Shown: piece by piece, positions 16,331 through 24,151 of the stretch
How the letters are laid out: each line of letters begins with the position of its first letter
Position numbering within the stretch: position 1 is the stretch's first letter
Assembly (NCBI RefSeq): GCF_042660085.1
Contig: NZ_JBHSTI010000008.1
Span: forward strand, 2,055,604 to 2,087,603
DNA length: 32,000 nt
DNA from: Longivirga aurantiaca
GTDB lineage: Bacteria > Actinomycetota > Actinomycetes > S36-B12 > CAIYMF01
Direction of reading: 5' to 3'
The notes under the pieces: generated by a model
What the model was told of the DNA's origin: nothing
Database searches by the model: none
What the model saw: the letters and a program-made list of their open reading frames with translations, nothing else
Translations under genes and position numbers: made by a program

Positions 16331-17992
16331 TCAGTAGGCGCCGCGGGACGCGAGCACTGCGCGCACCGTGCGCACAAGGATCGCGATGTCGAGCAGGAAG
16401 CTCCAGTTCTCGACGTAGTACAGGTCGAGGCGGACCGAGTCCTCCCAGCTGAGGTCGGCGCGGCCGCTGACCTGCCAGAGACCGGTCAGGCCCGGCTTGA
16501 CGAGCAGGCGTCGCTGCACGTGGTTCTCGTACTGCGCGACCTCGCGCGGCAGCGGCGGGCGCGGGCCGACGAGCGACATCTGGCCGAGCAGCACGTTGAC
16601 CAGCTGCGGAAGCTCGTCGAGCGAGGTGCGGCGGAGGAACCTGCCGACGCGGGTGACGCGCGGGTCGTTGACGACCTTGAGCATCGGGCCGTCGTCCCCG
16701 TGCACGTTGTCGGCCTTGATGTCCTCGAGCCGGTCCTCGGCGTCGACCGACATCGATCGGAACTTCAGCATCGTGAACGTGCGGCCGGCACGGCCCACCC
16801 GCTCCTGGCGGAAGAAGGCCGGGCCCTTGGAGTCGGCGCGCACCGCGATCGCGAGCATGAGGAACAGCGGCGACAGCAGCACGAGGGAGACGAAGGCGAC
16901 TCCGCGGTCGAACAGGCCCTTGAACATGCGGCGGAAACCGGTGAACTCCGGCTTCTCGACGTGCAGCAGCGGGAGGCCGGCCACCGGCCGCACCGAGATG
17001 CGCGGGCCGGAGACGTCGGTGAGGTTCGGCGTCACGAGGATGTCGACGTGGGTGCCCTCGAGCTCCCACGACAGGCGGCGGAGCTCGGCCTGCGAGAGCG
17101 TCGACCACGCGCCGAAGGCGATGGTGTCGGCGCCGCACCGGATGAGCGCATCCGCGGCGTCTCGGGACGTGCCCACGACCTGCACACCCTCGACGGTGTC
17201 GCCCTGCGCGGAGTCGACGAGCGCACCCACGACCAGGAACGGGTGGTCGTCGTGGCGACGGAGCCGGCGGATGAGCTCGGCGGTCGAGCGCTCGGTGCCG
17301 ATGACGAGCACGCGGCGCGAGGCCGTGCCCTCCTTCTCGGCGTTGCGCTCCACGCGGCGCCCGATCGCGCGGACGATGAGGCTGAGCACCGTGGCGAGCG
17401 GGATCGCGACGATGGCGTAGCCGCGCGCGAAGTCCCAGTTGAGCAGGTACGACGACAGCGCGAGCAGCGCCAGGAAGCGCACCGCGGAGTCGAGCACCCG
17501 CCGGAACTCGTCGGTGCCGTCGCCGATGAAGCGCGCCTCGTAGGCGCGACCCAGGGCGAGCACCCCCGTCCATGCGAGCGGGAAGAGCAGCGTGATGGGG
17601 AGGTACAGCGCGTTCGGCCCGTAGCCGACGTCGACGCCGAAGCGGATGACGAGGGCGATGGAGGCTGCGAAGAACGCGGCGAGGGCGTCGGCGAGGATCA
17701 GGCCCCGGATGTACCGCTGGACCCAGCGCACCCTGCGCAGCGAGATCGCCTCCAGGTCGGGTCGCCGGTCCTCCGGCGTGAGGTCGGCCTTGAAGACCCG
17801 ACGTGCGGCCTGGTCCGGAACGGCGGACAGGCGGGGCGCATCGCCCTGCCGGGGCTCCGCCACGGGGGCGAGCAGCACGGCATCCGTGTCGAGGGCAGGA
17901 GCTGCGGTCCGAAGGGCGTCGTCGGCGTCGCGCGCGACGCCCGCACCACTGGCCCGCTGCCGCTCCACCGCCACCGCTTCCTCGTCGAGCAC
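16331..17992 (-). CDS. exopolysaccharide biosynthesis polyprenyl glycosylphosphotransferase (initiating sugar transferase)
   Basis: N-terminal multi-TM and CoA-binding-like region (RRVLVIGTERSTAELIRRL); C-terminal KGLFDRGVAFVSLVLLSPLFL, GPAFFRQERVGRAGRTFTMLKFRSM, RRTSLDELPQLVNVLLGQMSLVGPRPPLP, KPGLTGLWQVSGR. Confidence 0.95.
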   Translation of the reverse strand: MLDEEAVAVERQRASGAGVARDADDALRTAAPALDTDAVLLAPVAEPRQGDAPRLSAVPDQAARRVFKADLTPEDRRPDLEAISLRRVRWVQRYIRGLILADALAAFFAASIALVIRFGVDVGYGPNALYLPITLLFPLAWTGVLALGRAYEARFIGDGTDEFRRVLDSAVRFLALLALSSYLLNWDFARGYAIVAIPLATVLSLIVRAIGRRVERNAEKEGTASRRVLVIGTERSTAELIRRLRRHDDHPFLVVGALVDSAQGDTVEGVQVVGTSRDAADALIRCGADTIAFGAWSTLSQAELRRLSWELEGTHVDILVTPNLTDVSGPRISVRPVAGLPLLHVEKPEFTGFRRMFKGLFDRGVAFVSLVLLSPLFLMLAIAVRADSKGPAFFRQERVGRAGRTFTMLKFRSMSVDAEDRLEDIKADNVHGDDGPMLKVVNDPRVTRVGRFLRRTSLDELPQLVNVLLGQMSLVGPRPPLPREVAQYENHVQRRLLVKPGLTGLWQVSGRADLSWEDSVRLDLYYVENWSFLLDIAILVRTVRAVLASRGAY

Positions 17993-18117
17993 CGTTCCCC
18001 CTGACTGACCTGCCGTCCACCGGGTACGCCCGGCGGGACCTGACTCCTAGTGTCCTGCACTCCTCCGACTGAATCGGTGGCTCATGAACGCACCTTGAGA
18101 ATCAGGCGGTTCTTCGG

Positions 18118-18131
18118 CCCCCGAACGGGTG
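18118..18131. promoter_or_regulatory. 14-mer CCCCCGAACGGGTG shared with 265-278
   Basis: Exact match between two intergenic regions. Confidence 0.35.
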
Positions 18132-18222
18132 GAGCATCCGTCACTGCATGGATACTCCAGCACCGTTTCCATCACGTTGCTTCCACCGAACGGCTGAACG
18201 TCGGACGCCACGCGGTGAGACG

Positions 18223-18238
18223 TCACCCGTATGGGTGA
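18223..18238. promoter_or_regulatory. palindromic candidate operator TCACCCGTATGGGTGA
   Basis: Perfect 6-bp arms with GTAT centre in the intergenic region upstream of the initiating sugar transferase; its first 12 bases recur at 279-290. Confidence 0.45.
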
Positions 18239-18251
18239 ACGACGGCGACGG

Positions 18252-19760
18252 TCAGTGAGTTACAGGCGCCGGGGCGTACCGACGGTCGCCCGCGCTGCGG
18301 GCTCCGACCGCCGCCGCGAGCAGGCCCCAGACCACCCACATCGGCTGCGGCATCCCGCTGGCGGTGAAGTAGGGGAAGAAGAAGTTGATCACCGGGGCGA
18401 TGGCCGCGATACCCATCACCGAGGCTGCCAGCGCGATCTCCGCAGCCGAGTCGGCGGTGCGCAGGAACGCCTTGGCCGCGCGCCAGGACAGGTAGACGAC
18501 GGCGGCCCCGGCCACGAGCAGCGGGATCCCGCCGCGCAGCAGAAGGGTGATGTAGCCGGACTCGGTGTGGTCCCAGCTGATCCCCGGCGGGTCGGCCGGG
18601 CCGTAGCCCGTGACCCACATGCCCTGGAGCGCCGGGAGGTACTGGTCGCTCCAGACGATCCATCGGTAGAGGATCGTCTGCGGCACGAGAGAGTCGCCGG
18701 CGGTCGGCGTCGCCCTGGTCGCCTGCCCCTGCTCCGCCAGCCGCTCGCCGATGATCGGGAAGAACACGATCAGACCCACCGCTCCCCCGACCACGAGCCA
18801 GGCGAGGACGAGCCTCAGGCGCTTGATGGCCCAGCCGACGACGAGCACGCCGAGGACGAGGCCTCCGAGGATCGTGAAGGTCAGTGTGAACACCAGCGAG
18901 ACGCAGGCGATCCCCAGCGTGCCCACGAGCCACCACGTGCCGAGCACCGTCGTGTCGCGCTTGAGCAGGAGGGCGACCATGAGCAGCGACACGACCACGA
19001 GGTAGCCGCCGAGCGGGTGCCACATCGGGAACACGCTCGTCGCGCGCATGACGGGGTCGTAGCCGGGCGTGATGAAGATGCCCGTGCCGGACAGGCTCAC
19101 GGCGAGGTTCTGGAAGAACGCCGGGCCCACCATCTGCGCGATCGCGAGGAGGCTCACCGGGATGCTGGCGAGGATGAGCGCCCGCATCGCCAGCACGCGC
19201 AGGGCCGTGGTCGGGAAGGCGGCGGCCACGGTGCGGTAGAGCAGCAGGAACTGGATCGGACCGAGCATCGTGTTGATGTCGTCGCCGGTGATCATGGTCT
19301 GCTGCAGCGCCGAGTTGAGGATGCCGAAGGCCGCGGTGCCGAGGCAGTAGACGAGGGCCGCCCAGTCCCAGGCGCGCCACCGTGGTCCGGGCAGGGCCTT
19401 GGCCGCGAAGCCGAGCACCACGAGGGCACCGAAGACGACCAGCACCTCGGAGACCTTGAGACCCGGGATGCCGAGGCCGCGGCGCAGCCCCGACGTGATG
19501 GGCACCAGGGCGACGACCACGAGCGCGAGCAGCACGGGGCGCTGCGCCAGCGCGAGGCCGAGCGCGACCGCCACGATCACGGCCACCCCGAGCACCGGCG
19601 ACTGCACGGCCAGTGCTCCGGCGACCGCGGTGGCGCCGAGAGCGCCCAGGATGATCGCCCACGCGGGCAGGGGGACGACGTCCAGAACCCGCAGCTCGCG
19701 GGCCGCTGCCCGGGCCACAGGGGCCCGGGGCGCGGACGGCAGCTGCGGGGCGAGGGTCAC
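18252..19760 (-). CDS. O-antigen ligase/polymerase-like (Wzy/WaaL-type) membrane protein
   Basis: GTG start overlapping upstream stop; about 10 hydrophobic segments, large extracytoplasmic loop, SVFPMWHPLGGYLVVVSLLMVALLL, GYGPADPPGISWDHTESGYITLLLRGGIPLLVAG. Carried inside the 18252..20864 ORF. Confidence 0.78.
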   Translation of the reverse strand: MTLAPQLPSAPRAPVARAAARELRVLDVVPLPAWAIILGALGATAVAGALAVQSPVLGVAVIVAVALGLALAQRPVLLALVVVALVPITSGLRRGLGIPGLKVSEVLVVFGALVVLGFAAKALPGPRWRAWDWAALVYCLGTAAFGILNSALQQTMITGDDINTMLGPIQFLLLYRTVAAAFPTTALRVLAMRALILASIPVSLLAIAQMVGPAFFQNLAVSLSGTGIFITPGYDPVMRATSVFPMWHPLGGYLVVVSLLMVALLLKRDTTVLGTWWLVGTLGIACVSLVFTLTFTILGGLVLGVLVVGWAIKRLRLVLAWLVVGGAVGLIVFFPIIGERLAEQGQATRATPTAGDSLVPQTILYRWIVWSDQYLPALQGMWVTGYGPADPPGISWDHTESGYITLLLRGGIPLLVAGAAVVYLSWRAAKAFLRTADSAAEIALAASVMGIAAIAPVINFFFPYFTASGMPQPMWVVWGLLAAAVGARSAGDRRYAPAPVTH

Positions 19761-20905
19761 GCGCGCGGCTCGAGCCGGTCGGAGAGGTTGACGGTGCTCG
19801 CGCCGGCGGCGGAGGCGAGGTGCTTCGGGGCGAGCAGGCCCCAGACCACGGCCACGCCGTACTCCCCGAGCCGGACGAGGTTGTCGCGGACGACGGCGAC
19901 ACGGGTGCCCTCGCGGACGACCATGACCACCAGGTCGCTCATCTGGGCGCGCAGCTCGGCGCCCTCGCCGCTTCCCGGTGCTCCGACCGCGACGACTCCG
20001 ATGTCGCCGGAGTCCTCCGCGGCGCGGCCGCGGACGAGGTCCTGGCCCGTCGAGGTCGAGGACGACGTCGCGGCGACGGCCGGCACGGGGGTGTCGCCCG
20101 GGGAGTCGGGGCCGAGGCTCGCCAGCAGCGCCTTGACGTCGTCGCGCGACATCGGCGCGGTGGCCACGACCGCGACCTCCGGTGCGGGGACGCCGGAGAG
20201 CGCCCGCCACCGGTAGGCGAGGGCGCGGGCCTCGGCCGGCGTGACCGTGGCCCAGGCAGTGGCCGGGGTGCCGAGGAGGTCGGCGAGGTCGTCCACCGAG
20301 TCGATCCGGCGGTCCGAGCGCTCGAGCGCGAAGGCCGCCAGCAGGCCCACGAGGAGGCCGAGAAGCCCGCCGATGAGCAGGGAGGACGAGCTGGACTCGC
20401 CCATCCGCGCGGCCTCGGAGGGGACGGTCACGAGCTTCAGGCTGCCGCGGGCGATCTGCCCCGGCGGGATCGCGCGCGTCACCGTGGCCGCGACGGCGGT
20501 GGCCGAGTCGACCGCCACGATCGCCTGCCGGGACACCACGTCGATCCGGATGAGCGCGGTGCCGGGGTCGCTGGCGACGGTGAGGCTGTCGCGCAGGTCC
20601 TCGGTGCTGACGTCCGCCACGGTCGCGGCGGCCGACATGACGGCGTCGTCGAGCGGGATCAGCGTGGCGTAGTTGGTCGCGAGCTTCGCCGCGGCATCCG
20701 GCGACCCGGGGGGCGTCTGTCCTGCACCGACGGCGGGCACGATGACCACGGCCTCCGCGAGGTACTGCGGCGGCGTGCGCGAGGACACGAGGAAGGACAC
20801 GAGGATCCCGAGCAGGAAGCAGGTGAGCACGATGTACCACCGCCGCTGGACGGGCTTCTTCCATCGGCGGAGCGACCGGCGGATGCTGCCGGCGGGCTTG
20901 GTCAT
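19757..20905 (-). CDS. Wzz-like chain-length determinant / capsular polysaccharide biosynthesis protein without kinase domain
   Basis: N-terminal RRWYIVLTCFLLGILVSFLVS TM, coiled extracytoplasmic part, second TM SLLIGGLLGLLVGLLAAFALERSDRRIDSVDDLADLLGTP. Confidence 0.75.
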   Translation of the reverse strand: MTKPAGSIRRSLRRWKKPVQRRWYIVLTCFLLGILVSFLVSSRTPPQYLAEAVVIVPAVGAGQTPPGSPDAAAKLATNYATLIPLDDAVMSAAATVADVSTEDLRDSLTVASDPGTALIRIDVVSRQAIVAVDSATAVAATVTRAIPPGQIARGSLKLVTVPSEAARMGESSSSSLLIGGLLGLLVGLLAAFALERSDRRIDSVDDLADLLGTPATAWATVTPAEARALAYRWRALSGVPAPEVAVVATAPMSRDDVKALLASLGPDSPGDTPVPAVAATSSSTSTGQDLVRGRAAEDSGDIGVVAVGAPGSGEGAELRAQMSDLVVMVVREGTRVAVVRDNLVRLGEYGVAVVWGLLAPKHLASAAGASTVNLSDRLEPRA

Positions 20906-21963
20906 GGGAGTCGTGCCTCCGTTGCTGGCTCGGCGTCGGACGCCGGGTCGTCGTGCAGGTCGGTGGAGCCGCTGGGGTCCGGGAGGGCCAGCATCTCCAG
21001 CAGCTCCTGCCGCTGAGTGTCCCAGCGTCGCTGCTGGCGTGCGCGCACGGTGTCGAGGTCGCGCACGAGGCGGTCGTGGTCGCGCACCGCGAGGGCGAGC
21101 CCCGCGGCGATGCTGTCGCGGTCGTCCCCGCAGGTGACGGCCTCGGGGAAGAGCTCGCGCATGGTGCGAGTGTCGCTCATGACCAGCACCCGACGCGCGT
21201 AGCCCGCCTCGTACGCGGCACGCATCACCGAGGTCGGCTCGGTCGTGAGCGCGAGCAGGATGTCGCAGCCGTCCACCTCGGCGGCGTACGCAGCCTGGTC
21301 GAGCCAGCCGGTCAGCCGGACGTTGGCGGGCAGGTCGTCGAGGATCCCGGCAGGGGCTCGACGCGGGTCGCCGGTGACGAGCACGTCGAGCTCGGGCAGC
21401 GAGCGGGCCGCGGCGACGACCTCGGCCACCGGCTCGTCGGAGGCGAAGACGCAGGAGAACAGCACCTGCGGCCGACGGCCGTCGAGCGGCCGGGCGGGCG
21501 AGGTGGTCCAGTGCGGCGGCGCTTCGTGCAGCACCAGCGGGCGACCGCCCCACGACCGCACGACCTGCGCCCACGACTCGGTGGTGACGAGCACGCCGTC
21601 GGCCTTGCGCGCGAGCCTCGCCGTGATGCGCAGCATCTTCTGCGCCTGCGCGTTGTCCTTGGCACCGAACGACGCCGGGTGGCTGTCGAGAACGAACCGC
21701 GCCCGGGCGAGGCGGGCGTACGCGAGCGCGATGACTCCGGGGTAGACGGGCGGGTTCTGCACGACGACCGCGCGGGGACGCGACCGGGCGAGCCGTCCGA
21801 CGGTGACCAGCGAGCTGACGGCGTAGCGCAGCGGCGTGGCCTTCCGGGCGGTGAGCCGCTTCGGGTAGATCGTGACGGCCTCGCCGTCGAGATCGGCGGC
21901 CAGGTCGCGGGCGCGGCCGGCGGTCGGAGCCCAGGCGAGGAACTGCACGCGCGCGCGGCTCAT
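20902..21963 (-). CDS. glycosyltransferase (GT-B fold, family 4-like)
   Basis: VVVQNPPVYPGVIALAYARLARARFVLDSHPASFG; LDVLVTGDPRRAPAGILDDLPANVRLTGWLDQAAYAAEVDGCDILLALTTEP; 4-nt overlaps with both neighbours. Confidence 0.78.
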   Translation of the reverse strand: MSRARVQFLAWAPTAGRARDLAADLDGEAVTIYPKRLTARKATPLRYAVSSLVTVGRLARSRPRAVVVQNPPVYPGVIALAYARLARARFVLDSHPASFGAKDNAQAQKMLRITARLARKADGVLVTTESWAQVVRSWGGRPLVLHEAPPHWTTSPARPLDGRRPQVLFSCVFASDEPVAEVVAAARSLPELDVLVTGDPRRAPAGILDDLPANVRLTGWLDQAAYAAEVDGCDILLALTTEPTSVMRAAYEAGYARRVLVMSDTRTMRELFPEAVTCGDDRDSIAAGLALAVRDHDRLVRDLDTVRARQQRRWDTQRQELLEMLALPDPSGSTDLHDDPASDAEPATEARLP

Positions 21964-22916
21964 GACCCGCCGTCCCGCAGGAGCTGGAAGACGGGCGGGT
22001 CCGGCACGACCTCGACCGTGCGCGCCATGGCGCGGCGGAGGACCTCGGCGTCGAGCGCGTCCACCTCGCACGCGATCGCCACGCCGCGACGGTCGAGCTC
22101 GGCCGCGATCTGGACCTGGTGGTCGTCGACGTGCTCGCCGTGCACGAGCCGGCGCGGCAGCAGCACCGCGCACTTGCCCTCAGCCATCGCGAGCAGGCCG
22201 GAGCCGGTGCCCGAGTGCCCGACCACGAGGTCGGCCTCGCGCGCCGCGGCCGACAGGTCGGCGGACGGGATGCTGTGCTTGCCGTCGACGGGCAGGCCGG
22301 AGAGGTCGGTCTCGCCGGTCTGCCACAGGACCTCGGCGTCCGCCGGGAGCACCTCGAGCAGCTTCTCGACGGCGCGGCGGAATCCGTACGGCGCGATGGT
22401 GCCGAGCGTCACGACGACCTTCCTCGGGACGGCTGGTGCGTCGGGCAGGTCGGGGCCCGGACGGAAGCCGTCGAGGATCGACCCCGAGTAGTGCCAGCGG
22501 CCGCCGGCCCAGGCCGGGTACTGGCTGTAGGTGTTGACGCCGGGGATGCGCGACACCAGCTTCCCCGACAGCGACGGGCCGTCGGCGCGCGCGGCGCTCT
22601 CGACGTAGTGGCAGGTGATGCCGCGCGCCCGGGCCGGGACCATGAACGACACTGCGACGCTCGCGCCGGTCGAGACGACGCGGTCGTACTTCCCCGTGCG
22701 CAGCAGGTCGTTGGCGGTGCGGCCGATCCTGACCGCGACGGCGAGGTCGCGCGGTGCGGCGTACGGGACGTAGACGACGTCCTCGCCCGCGAGCAGCGAG
22801 CGCGACTGCGGGGTGTCGAAGGTGACGAAGGTGACGTCGCCGATCGGCAGACGCGGACGCAGGGTCCACATCTGCTGGAGGTGGCCGCCTCCCGAGCAGA
22901 CGAGCAGGGTGGTCAC
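21960..22916 (-). CDS. glycosyltransferase-associated protein, fused Alg14/Alg13 (PssD/PssE, GT28-like)
   Basis: LLVCSGGGHLQQMWTLRPRLPIGDVTFVTFDTPQSRSLL at the N-terminus; VVVTLGTIAPYGFRRAVEKLLEVLPADAEVLWQTGETD and DLVVGHSGTGSGLLAMAEGKCAVLLPRRLVHGEHVDDHQVQIAAEL. Confidence 0.82.
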   Translation of the reverse strand: MTTLLVCSGGGHLQQMWTLRPRLPIGDVTFVTFDTPQSRSLLAGEDVVYVPYAAPRDLAVAVRIGRTANDLLRTGKYDRVVSTGASVAVSFMVPARARGITCHYVESAARADGPSLSGKLVSRIPGVNTYSQYPAWAGGRWHYSGSILDGFRPGPDLPDAPAVPRKVVVTLGTIAPYGFRRAVEKLLEVLPADAEVLWQTGETDLSGLPVDGKHSIPSADLSAAAREADLVVGHSGTGSGLLAMAEGKCAVLLPRRLVHGEHVDDHQVQIAAELDRRGVAIACEVDALDAEVLRRAMARTVEVVPDPPVFQLLRDGGS

Positions 22917-23941
22917 GACGTGCCTTCCTGGTAGCCGGGCGAGACGTACGAGGCGCCCGGCGTCCCCGCGGGGAGCGCGGCCCCGGCCGCCGTCGTGCGC
23001 AGCTCGACGGCGTCGGCCCAGACCGACGGCGGGCGGAGCATCCCCTCGAGGTCGCTGCGCTGGTCGACGAGCACGATGTCCCGTGCGCTGAGCCACGGGA
23101 CGACGTCGTCGGTCCAGAGCAGGTACGCCGCACCGCCGTTCGCGCCGTCGGGCTCGCCGGTGATCACGATGCGCCGCAGGTCGAACTCCTCCGGCGGGGT
23201 GTCGACGAACTGCTGCGGCAGCAGGAAGAGGCCCTGGTACTCGGTGGATCCCGTGAGGCCGTCGACGCGCAGGCGCGCCGGACCGGCCCAGGTCTGCAGG
23301 ACGTCGGCGTGGTGGCCGTCGCGCGACCCGTGGACGGTCTCGACGTGGATGTTCTGCAGGACCACGGTGGCGCCCTCGGACTGGTCGAGGTTGATCCCCT
23401 CGGCGAGGTCCTGGCCGCTGATGCGCAGGCCCTCGACGTGGATCGTGCCCGTCTGGTTCTTCAGCAGCAGGCCGGTGCGCTTGCGCGAGTCCGACGCCTC
23501 GGACTTCGGCGGCACCACGATCTCGCCGCCGAGCAGGACGACGTTGCGGCCGCCCTCGATGCGCAGGCCGCCGCTGAGCAGGAGCGGCGTCGCCGGCAGC
23601 TTGACGATGTAGTCGCGGTCGGACCGGAGCTCGATCTTGGGGGTGGTGGCGGTGACCGTGACGAGGGTGGGGCTCGTGAGCTTCGGGGGTGCCCACGAGA
23701 GCCGGTCGGCCGTCTCGGCCGCCACCGACGGAGCGGGGAGGGTGGGCTCGGGCCCGGCCGCCGACTCCCCCCGCTGGGTCAGGGCGAGCGCCACCACCAG
23801 GGCGGCGAGGGCCAGCACGCAGATGCCCACGAGGAGGAGCAGACGGTTCGAGCGCGGGGGTGCGGAGTCGTCGGACGGCCGGGGACGCTCGTGCACGGAC
23901 GTCGTGCGCACCGTCACCCCCTGGTCGTCGAGCATGAGCAT
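22913..23941 (-). CDS. membrane-anchored protein with predicted right-handed beta-helix domain
   Basis: Single TM NRLLLLVGICVLALAALVVALALT; repeated strand pattern GGLRIEGGRNVVLLGGEIVV...TGTIHVEGLRISGQDLAEGINL...ATVVLQNIHVETVHG...LRVDGLTGSTEYQGLFL. Start could be the second ATG two codons downstream. Confidence 0.7.
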   Translation of the reverse strand: MLMLDDQGVTVRTTSVHERPRPSDDSAPPRSNRLLLLVGICVLALAALVVALALTQRGESAAGPEPTLPAPSVAAETADRLSWAPPKLTSPTLVTVTATTPKIELRSDRDYIVKLPATPLLLSGGLRIEGGRNVVLLGGEIVVPPKSEASDSRKRTGLLLKNQTGTIHVEGLRISGQDLAEGINLDQSEGATVVLQNIHVETVHGSRDGHHADVLQTWAGPARLRVDGLTGSTEYQGLFLLPQQFVDTPPEEFDLRRIVITGEPDGANGGAAYLLWTDDVVPWLSARDIVLVDQRSDLEGMLRPPSVWADAVELRTTAAGAALPAGTPGASYVSPGYQEGTS

Positions 23942-24099
23942 GGTCGGGAGAAGCCTAGGCGAGCGGTGACGGATAGTCGCGATCGCGCGGCCGGATCTAC
24001 CTGTTCGGCCTACCCCGGACGCACGCGCGTCGAGCGGGGTGAGCGCGCCCGGTCACGCAGAGCGACGAACGGTGGTGTCCCGAGGTTCCCGGAACGACA

Positions 24100-24128
24100 C
24101 GGCCCCTCCTGCGGAGCAGGAGGGGCCG
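24100..24128. terminator. hairpin terminator downstream of the malectin/beta-helix gene
   Basis: Perfect 13-bp inverted repeat CGGCCCCTCCTGC GGA GCAGGAGGGGCCG, 24 nt beyond the stop at 24152. Confidence 0.75.
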
Positions 24129-24151
24129 GTGCGAGGAGCACGGTGCGAGGG

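Noticed and set aside
18231-21016. Plus-strand ORFs 18231..20216 and 19820..21016 opposite the EPS operon
   Set aside because: Low-complexity basic/acidic composition and no domain signal; shadow of the minus-strand polymerase and Wzz genes.
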